Shown: positions 55,601 to 61,724 of the stretch, piece after piece
How positions within the stretch are numbered: the stretch's first letter is position 1
Layout of the letters: every line of letters starts with the position of its first letter
Virus record (IMG/VR): IMGVR_UViG_3300037418_004082
DNA length: 64,000 nt
Strand: one strand, 5' to 3'
From: a virus
Program-made: the position numbers and the translations under genes
The notes under the pieces: model-generated
What the model was told of the DNA's origin: nothing
Database searches by the model: none
The model's input: the letters and a program-made list of their open reading frames with translations, nothing else

Positions 55601-56980
55601 CAGACCGACGCGGAGACCCTGGCCCGGTCCAGCGGTCCTATCGTGCGTCCGCTCACGGTCAACGACAAGCCCGACCCCGTCACCAACCTGCCCTTCCGCC
55701 CGGAGGCGGGTGGCCTGTTCGACCCCAACGCCACGGGTGGGCTCGTGGGCACGCGTTGGAGTCACATCCCGCTCGCGGAGCCGATCGTGAACCCCTTGTT
55801 CCACAACGCCGCACGCACGTTGTTAGGATTGACCAAGGACGAGTTCAATGCTAACCTGTATGATCGCGGCGCAGTGCACGTCAAGCAACAACTTGCGGCC
55901 ATCGACGTGCCCGCACGTATCGACGAACTTAAGCATCAGCTCGTGAACACGAACGCCGTGTCGAAGCGTGACGGCATTCACAAGCAGTTGAAGTACCTCA
56001 CGGCATTACACAAGAGCGGACTCCGTCCAGAAGATGCGTACATCATGCACCACGTGCCCGTCGTGCCTCCTCACGTGCGGCCCATCTACCCGGACCCCGA
56101 CACGGGACGACTTGTCGTGTCGGACGCGAACGTTCTCTACAAGAACCTGATGCTCGTGAACGACCAGCTCGCGCAGCACAAGAACCTCGGCGACGCGGAC
56201 ACGATCCGCGCGTTGCGTCACGGGTTGAATGATGCGTTCGCCAAGGTGCAGGGCCTCGATGCACCAGCCGAGCAGATGTCGAAGGAGAAGCCCGCCGTGG
56301 GCTTCCTCAAGGTCATCACGGGCACCGGCCAGGCCAAGGATGGCTTCTTCCAGGCGAAGCTCGTGAGCCGGCGCCAGGACATCGCCGGTCGCGGCGTCGT
56401 GGTGCCGGATACGAGCCTGGGCATCGACGAGCTGGGCGTGCCCAAGGCCATGGCCTGGAAGATCTACCGCAACCACGGCATCGGCGAGTTGGTGCAGAGC
56501 GGTATGCCCCTCGTGGCGGCCGCCCGCGAGTTCGAAGACCAGACGCCGACCGCCGAAAAGGCCGTGCTTTCGGCCATGAAGAAGTTCCCGACCGTGATCT
56601 CGCGTGCGCCCTCGCTCCACAAGTTCAACATCGCGGCCTTCCGGCCTCGGATGGTGGAGGGCAAGAGCCTGCGCGTGAACACGCTCGTGCTCAAGGGGTT
56701 CAACATGGACTTCGACGGGGACCAGGTCAACGTGCACGTACCCATCTCGCCGGAAGGCGCGAAGGATGCGGTCACGCGGATGCTGCCTTCCGCCAACCTG
56801 TACAACCCCTTGAACTCCGCGCCGATCCACGTGCCGTCTCAAGAGACGGTGCTGGGTCTGTGGAAGGCGACCAACGTCGCCGGGAAACCGCCCGTTCGCT
56901 CCTTCGCCACCCAACAGGAAGCGACCGCGGCTTACCGACGGGGTGAGATCGGCATCACCGACCCCATTTCCATCGGTTGA
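52691..56980 (+). CDS. rpoB-rpoC(N): RNA polymerase beta subunit fused to the N-terminal half of beta'
   Basis: Beta motifs TFIINGKE, DPVRTPD, GDKLCGRHGNKG, SRMN.GQ, GPMYMLKL; beta' motifs PVVPPHVRP, RAPSLH, NMDFDGD, PSQETVLG. Confidence 0.97.
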   Translation: MRTPQSLFKDMAREFGEGLTHAFPIVTPDKKAVAITAVHVPTMLDPTDYNAQKDTIMKGGTWGVPVKATVAMHDAKGKVTSKHDVRVGFLPTPTNRHTFIINGKEYQVNMQRRLRPGVYTKFNQLGQATADFNLGKGRNFALALDPEKNQVEMKFGSSRVPLLPVLKHVFGKTTLGLGKAFDAPMGADAELTALKDLHALVLKNQTVPSDKTGIVHGLQDYFQATQLEPAVTKLVVGEAHSNVNGDVLQLAAKQLLAVHKREVDPSGKDQMAFTEVHGVEDFLRERVQKNRGMIGYKLRPRIEKYDDVRELKLHQYVQPLIDDFFTKSAQSNHVMQINPLEMKENAYKLSSLGEGAIGDTHAVTPEVRVIHPSSMGFIDPVRTPDNAKAGVDVRLALGASKVGKNLLIDVQDRNGEFVSMSPEKLYDKVVAHDKEPVENGLVRAIHRGQLVDVSPSKVDYRLQADRQFTVSTTLVPFLANTHAHRAAMGAKMLGQAVSLVDREPPIVDTPHSEIAGEFASLRSPVAGTVSKIEKGVIHIKSGDTTHKVNFPYEFPLNGHSFLHATPVVKAGDTVTKNQLLADTNFTQNGQLALGKNLTVAYLPMKGLNHEDAVVVTRSGAAKLTSQHQHIEEVEIDGRSVHDKKKFQAHFPGRFELQHLGKLDDQGVVKVGTRLQEGDPILASLRKRLMSPEQLLLGKANKGLVEPFSDTSVTWDKPYEGRVTGVEKTSKGIKVSISAVATLQEGDKLCGRHGNKGVVAAIIPDAEAPRTADGKVPDVILNSAGLTSRMNNGQIYEVVAAKALQALGKAGQKFPHFAGVNTHQLVKMLRDKAGISETEQLYDGTTGRKLGGPVLMGPMYMLKLFKQAETGFSARSGGDYDIDLRPTKGGEEGAKSVGHLDLYGLLAHGARAFVRDAHMKSEYNPEVLTAMWKGQPLPPPKPTFAFKKFEAMLGGMGVNVKKEGHTLQLLPQTDAETLARSSGPIVRPLTVNDKPDPVTNLPFRPEAGGLFDPNATGGLVGTRWSHIPLAEPIVNPLFHNAARTLLGLTKDEFNANLYDRGAVHVKQQLAAIDVPARIDELKHQLVNTNAVSKRDGIHKQLKYLTALHKSGLRPEDAYIMHHVPVVPPHVRPIYPDPDTGRLVVSDANVLYKNLMLVNDQLAQHKNLGDADTIRALRHGLNDAFAKVQGLDAPAEQMSKEKPAVGFLKVITGTGQAKDGFFQAKLVSRRQDIAGRGVVVPDTSLGIDELGVPKAMAWKIYRNHGIGELVQSGMPLVAAAREFEDQTPTAEKAVLSAMKKFPTVISRAPSLHKFNIAAFRPRMVEGKSLRVNTLVLKGFNMDFDGDQVNVHVPISPEGAKDAVTRMLPSANLYNPLNSAPIHVPSQETVLGLWKATNVAGKPPVRSFATQQEATAAYRRGEIGITDPISIG

Positions 56981-56991
56981 ATCACCATCGC

Positions 56992-57022
56992 GCGACGCGG
57001 GGACCACGTGGCCCTCGCGTCG
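56992..57022. repeat. Stem-loop after the RNAP gene (possible terminator, no U tract)
   Basis: GCGACGCGGGG / CCCTCGCGTCGC. Confidence 0.45.
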
Positions 57023-57066
57023 CACCACTGTCGAAGCACATTCGTGTATGGTAGGAGAGATTACGC

Positions 57067-59871
57067 ATGCTCTTGAAAGACCTTCCGCTCCGCGTGCAAA
57101 CCATCGCGGCGCAGTCCGTTCGTGTGTCGGACAACGCCCAAACGGTGATGGAGAAGCGCTACTACGTGAAGGATGACCAGCGCAAGCCCACGGAAGACGT
57201 GGACGGCATGTACTGGCGGGTGGCCTTCACGCTGGCTCTGATCGACGTCCGCTACGGCGGCAACCCCACGCTCCTGATGGAGCAGACCCAGGACGGTCTG
57301 TACGAGGTCTCGGAGTTCGAGGCCGACGACGCGATCATCTACGCGGCCGCGCTGCGCTTCTACCGCGTGATGCGCGACGGCATGTGGCTCCCCAACAGCC
57401 CCTGCGTCGCCAACGCGGGCGCTCGCACCGGCCAGCTCTCGGCCTGCTTCGTGCTGCCCATCCCCGACGACCTGGAGGGCATCTTCGAGACCGTGAAGCA
57501 GGCGGCCCTGATCCACCAGACCGGCGGCGGCACGGGCTTCGCCTTCAGCCGCCTGCGCCCCAAGAACGACATCGTCAACTCCTCCAAGGGCAACTCCAGC
57601 GGCCCGGAGTCCTTCCTGGAGGTCTTCAACGCCTCCACGGAGTCCATCAAGCAGGGCGGCATGCGCCGCGGCGCCAACATGGGCATCCTGCGCATCGATC
57701 ACCCGGACATCGAGAGCTTCATCGTCAAGAAGCTGGAGCCGGGCGTGTGGGCCAACTTCAACGTCAGCGTGGGCGTCACCGACGCTTTCGAGCAGGCCCT
57801 GGAGGCGGAGGATGACCGCTACGAGCTGATCAACCCGCGCAGCGGCCCGACCGGTCAGTTCCTGCACGCGCGCCAGGTGCTCAAGAGCATCGTGAAGTGC
57901 TCGTGGACTCGCGGCGAGCCCGGCCTGGTCTTCCTGAACCGCATGAACCGGGAGAACCCCGTGCCGCACGCGGGCGAGTACGAGGCGACCAACCCTTGCG
58001 GCGAACAGCCCCTGATCCCCTACGAGTCCTGCAACCTGGGCTCGATCACGCTCGATCGCTTCGTCGTTCCCGCGGTTCCCGGTCGCTACACGGCGGAGAC
58101 CCAGACCCACGGAGAGTCTTCCGGTCGGCTGTGGATCCCGGGGCAGCCCGCGCGGATCGACTGGGACGGCCTGGCCGCTGCGGTCAAGATCGGCGTCTGG
58201 GCGATGGACAACGTCGTGGACGCCAACGCCTACGTGCCCAAGGTGCCCCAGATCGCGCAGATGGCCCTGTACACCCGCAAGATCGGCCTGGGCATCATGG
58301 GCCTGGCCCGCGCCCTGTTCAAGCTCAAGCTGGGCTACCACACGCCCGAAGGCCGCGAGATGGCCGCCTTGCTCTTCGCCTTCATCGACGCGCACGCCAA
58401 GCTGGCGTCGCAGGAGTTGTCGAAGCAGCGCGGCGTGTACCCGTACTACGCGGAGCACCGCGAGGAGTCGGAGAGCTTCCACCGCCGGCTGTTCGCGAAG
58501 CGCCAGAAGGCCGTGGAAGGCTACATCGGGACCGGTGTCGTCGCCAACGTCGGCGTGTGGAACATCGTGCACAAGCTCTACGGTCAGGCCATCGACCAGC
58601 TCCCGACGCACGGTATGCGCAACTCCACGACCGGCACGATCGCGCCCACCGGCACGCTCTCGATCTTCCACGAGACCTCCGGCGGCTGCGAGCCCGTGTT
58701 CGCCATCGTGTTCACGCGCTTCCAGGCCGACGAGGAGATGCCCGACACCGACCCCGTCGTGCGTCAGGAGCTGCTCGACATCTTCGGCGGCGACGAGACG
58801 ATGGTGGCCCGCGTGCTGGAGATCGTCCAGAAGCAGGAAGCCGAAGGCGGCATCGACGGCTCGCTGGTCAGCGCGCTGAAGCTGGGCTTCCTGCGCGGCT
58901 TCGGTACGATCGAGCAGTACGAAGCGCTCACGCAGGCGTCGGAGTACCTGGTCTGCGCGCCCGACGTGCACCCGATGGACCACGTGCGCATGCAAGCCGG
59001 GCTGCAGATCTTCAACGACAGCGCCGTGTCGAAGACGATCAACTTCTCGGAGAACGCCACGGAGCAGGACATCGAAGACGCGATGATGCTCGCCATCAAG
59101 TTGGGCGTCAAGGGCATCACCGTGTACCGCGACAAGAGCCGCGAGTTCCAACCGCTCACCGCCGGCACGAAGTCGAGCAAGGCGTTGGCGGAGAAACCCG
59201 TTGACACGAACGTCGTGACGACGTTTAATGGGGAGACCACCACGCTCCCCACGACAACGGAGGTCAAGCCGGTGACGACCAGCACCCAGGGACCGCGTCC
59301 GCGCACCGAAGACCTGTTCGGCTTCACGCGCACCATCACGACCGGAGACGGGAAGCTCTACGCCACGCTGAACTACGACGAGTTCGGCATGCGCGAGGTC
59401 TTCCTGAACATCGGGCGTTCCGGCGGCACGACCCACAGCTTCGGCGAAGCGTTGGGCCGCATGGTCACGCTCGCGCTCCAGAACGGCGTGGACCCCGACG
59501 CGATCGCGTCCAACCTGGTGGGCATCCGCAGCTCCGATCCGTCGGGCTTCGGGGCGAGCCGGGTGCTGTCCATCGCCGACGGCGTGGGGCAGTTGCTCAA
59601 GAACGCGCCGCGATCGCTGAAGGAGCTGTACGCGCCGGAGGCACCCCTGCACGGTCGCGGCGGCGCCCACGGCAGCGGGTACGTCCACATCCAGCAGCTC
59701 CCGCCCGTCGAGGTCACGGTGGGCGCCGCCCAGACGCAGGACGAGCGCACCTACCGCGTGCAGGTGCTGGGCGAGAGCCCGGACTGCCCGGACTGCGGCA
59801 AGGCGCTCCGCTTCGAGGAGGGGTGCAAGAAGTGCCCCGACTCCGTCTGCGGTTACAGCGCCTGCTCGTAA
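57067..59871 (+). CDS. nrdJ: Class II (B12-dependent) ribonucleotide reductase with TSCPD domain and Zn ribbon
   Basis: PNSP, QLSACFV, GGGTG, RRGANMG, TNPCGEQ, ESCNLGSI, TIAPTG, VSKTIN; C-terminal CPDCG..EEGC..C..CGYS. Confidence 0.95.
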   Translation: MLLKDLPLRVQTIAAQSVRVSDNAQTVMEKRYYVKDDQRKPTEDVDGMYWRVAFTLALIDVRYGGNPTLLMEQTQDGLYEVSEFEADDAIIYAAALRFYRVMRDGMWLPNSPCVANAGARTGQLSACFVLPIPDDLEGIFETVKQAALIHQTGGGTGFAFSRLRPKNDIVNSSKGNSSGPESFLEVFNASTESIKQGGMRRGANMGILRIDHPDIESFIVKKLEPGVWANFNVSVGVTDAFEQALEAEDDRYELINPRSGPTGQFLHARQVLKSIVKCSWTRGEPGLVFLNRMNRENPVPHAGEYEATNPCGEQPLIPYESCNLGSITLDRFVVPAVPGRYTAETQTHGESSGRLWIPGQPARIDWDGLAAAVKIGVWAMDNVVDANAYVPKVPQIAQMALYTRKIGLGIMGLARALFKLKLGYHTPEGREMAALLFAFIDAHAKLASQELSKQRGVYPYYAEHREESESFHRRLFAKRQKAVEGYIGTGVVANVGVWNIVHKLYGQAIDQLPTHGMRNSTTGTIAPTGTLSIFHETSGGCEPVFAIVFTRFQADEEMPDTDPVVRQELLDIFGGDETMVARVLEIVQKQEAEGGIDGSLVSALKLGFLRGFGTIEQYEALTQASEYLVCAPDVHPMDHVRMQAGLQIFNDSAVSKTINFSENATEQDIEDAMMLAIKLGVKGITVYRDKSREFQPLTAGTKSSKALAEKPVDTNVVTTFNGETTTLPTTTEVKPVTTSTQGPRPRTEDLFGFTRTITTGDGKLYATLNYDEFGMREVFLNIGRSGGTTHSFGEALGRMVTLALQNGVDPDAIASNLVGIRSSDPSGFGASRVLSIADGVGQLLKNAPRSLKELYAPEAPLHGRGGAHGSGYVHIQQLPPVEVTVGAAQTQDERTYRVQVLGESPDCPDCGKALRFEEGCKKCPDSVCGYSACS

Positions 59872-59885
59872 GGTAGAACCAGAGG

Positions 59886-59910
59886 CCCCCGGCGATTGCC
59901 GGGGGTTTTT
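59886..59910 (+). terminator. Intrinsic terminator
   Basis: CCCCCGGC-GATT-GCCGGGGG-TTTTT. Confidence 0.9.
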
Positions 59911-59920
59911 GCTTGGGGCG

Positions 59921-59928
59921 GATAATTC
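59921..59928 (+). promoter_or_regulatory. GATAATTC candidate promoter for a leaderless helicase mRNA
   Basis: After a terminator; ATG 12 nt after the G; no SD. Confidence 0.7.
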
Positions 59929-59932
59929 AAGC

Positions 59933-61489
59933 ATGCGACCTTACGAACTCTTCCTCGCCAAGACCGCTCGCCTCCGGCCCGACATCGAGCTGGCGCCCCA
60001 TCAGCAAGAGGCCGTCGAACGCGTGGCGCGCACGCGAGCCCAACTGCTCGCGCACGGCACGGGCACCGGCAAGACCGGCACGAGCGCGGCCGCCGTCGAG
60101 CGCCTGCGCGAGCTGGGCAAGGCCAAGCGCACGCTCGCCGTCGTGCCGGCGCCCTTGATCGACAACTACGCCGACGAGGGCGTGAAGAAGTTCACGGACC
60201 AGTCCGTCACGAAGCTGGGTCCTGACGGTACGCCGGGTCATCATCACATCGACAGCAAGCTGCCCAACAGCAGCTACTACGTCGTGAGCAACGAGATGTT
60301 CCGCAAGGACCCTCACAAGTATATCGACCGCACGGGTGCCGACACCGTCATCTGGGACGAGGCGCACAAGGGCCGATCGGAAGAGTCGCTCAACTACCAC
60401 GCGATGAAGTCGATCCGTCACAAGGTGAAGAACTTCATCGCGCTCACCGGCACGCCCGCGATGAACCACCCGCACGACATCGTCCCGCTGATTGACGTGG
60501 TCAGCAACGGCCAGCATAACCTGGGCACGACGGCCCAGTTCGACAAGCTGTACACGACCACGCGCACGCGGACGCACGGTCCGCTCGCCTGGGCGGGCAT
60601 CGGGCCGAAGACGCAGGAGGTGGTGCTGAAGAACCAGCACATGCTGCGGCCGGAGCTGAACAAGCACATCCACTACGTGCCCGTCGAGGATGTCGTGAAG
60701 AACATGCCGAAGAAGATCGTGCACACGCACGAAGTCGAGATGAGCCCACATCAGAAGTCGCTGTACGACTTCACGATGGGCCAGATCGACCCGGCGACGC
60801 GTGCGAAGATCAAGAACAACGTGCCCGTGAGCCAGGGGGAAGCACGCTCGATCCTCACGAAGATCGTACGCACGCGCCAGTTGTCGAACGCCGTACACAC
60901 GATGGACTCCGGTCACGACGCGGGCTCGGCCGCCGAAGCGACGCCCAAGATGCGCCGGATGCTCGACGACGTGCACCGTCACCTGCAAGAGCATCCCGGC
61001 AACAAGGCGATCGTCTACACGAACCTGGTGCACGGCGGCGTGGACGCGGCCGTCGCCGGGCTCAAACACCGCGGCTACGAACCGGGCGTCTTCACGGGCA
61101 CCCAGCAGCAGGCGCGCAGCGAGCGCACCCAGCACATCAAGGACTACATGGCAGGCCACAAGCGCGTGATGGTCATCAACAGCGCCGGCACGGAGGGTCT
61201 CAACCTGCCGGGCACGACGGCGCACTTCACGCTCGACGGCCACTTCAACCCCAAGGTGACCGAACAAGCCGAAGCGCGTGGTATCCGGGCGGGCTCCCCC
61301 GTCAAGGAGGTCCACGTGCACCGCTACCTCTCGACGCCGCCCAAGGTGTTCGGTCTCTTCAAGAGCCCGGAGACGAGCGTGGACCAGTGGGTCTACAACG
61401 TCGCCGCACGCAAGGAGCACTTGAACAACCAGGTGCTCACGTTGTTGGATCGTGGAGGACAGCGGCATGTCGATCGGAAAGCACTTTAG
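59933..61489 (+). CDS. SNF2-like SF2 helicase/translocase
   Basis: LAPHQ, AHGTGTGKT, VVPAPL, DEAH, LTGTP, GTEGLNL, EQAEARGIR. Confidence 0.9.
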   Translation: MRPYELFLAKTARLRPDIELAPHQQEAVERVARTRAQLLAHGTGTGKTGTSAAAVERLRELGKAKRTLAVVPAPLIDNYADEGVKKFTDQSVTKLGPDGTPGHHHIDSKLPNSSYYVVSNEMFRKDPHKYIDRTGADTVIWDEAHKGRSEESLNYHAMKSIRHKVKNFIALTGTPAMNHPHDIVPLIDVVSNGQHNLGTTAQFDKLYTTTRTRTHGPLAWAGIGPKTQEVVLKNQHMLRPELNKHIHYVPVEDVVKNMPKKIVHTHEVEMSPHQKSLYDFTMGQIDPATRAKIKNNVPVSQGEARSILTKIVRTRQLSNAVHTMDSGHDAGSAAEATPKMRRMLDDVHRHLQEHPGNKAIVYTNLVHGGVDAAVAGLKHRGYEPGVFTGTQQQARSERTQHIKDYMAGHKRVMVINSAGTEGLNLPGTTAHFTLDGHFNPKVTEQAEARGIRAGSPVKEVHVHRYLSTPPKVFGLFKSPETSVDQWVYNVAARKEHLNNQVLTLLDRGGQRHVDRKAL

Positions 61490-61724
61490 CGGTAACGACG
61501 AGACGACGGCCATCAACGTGTACAAGCTCTCGTTGATCGGCGTCGCCGACCTACGTGACGTGTGCGATCGTCACCATCTACCCGTGCGCATCGACGTGAT
61601 GCTACCGGGCACGAAACAGGAGTTCATCCAGGTTGTAGCGCCGCACGCGCAGATGCTACAATTTGTGTTCTATCTGTTCAACAACGAGTTCAACTACAAG
61701 TACGAGTTAGGGAGCACGCCGTGA
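61467..61724 (+). CDS. Hypothetical protein
   Basis: GGAGG SD; TGA overlaps the start of the beta' C gene. Confidence 0.6.
   Translation: MSIGKHFSGNDETTAINVYKLSLIGVADLRDVCDRHHLPVRIDVMLPGTKQEFIQVVAPHAQMLQFVFYLFNNEFNYKYELGSTP

Noticed and set aside
52691-56980. Cellular rpoBC operon (host chromosome, or Helicobacter/Wolbachia-type fusion)
   Set aside because: No flanking ribosomal protein genes, highly divergent and compact sequence, partial fusion only, and embedded among virion genes.
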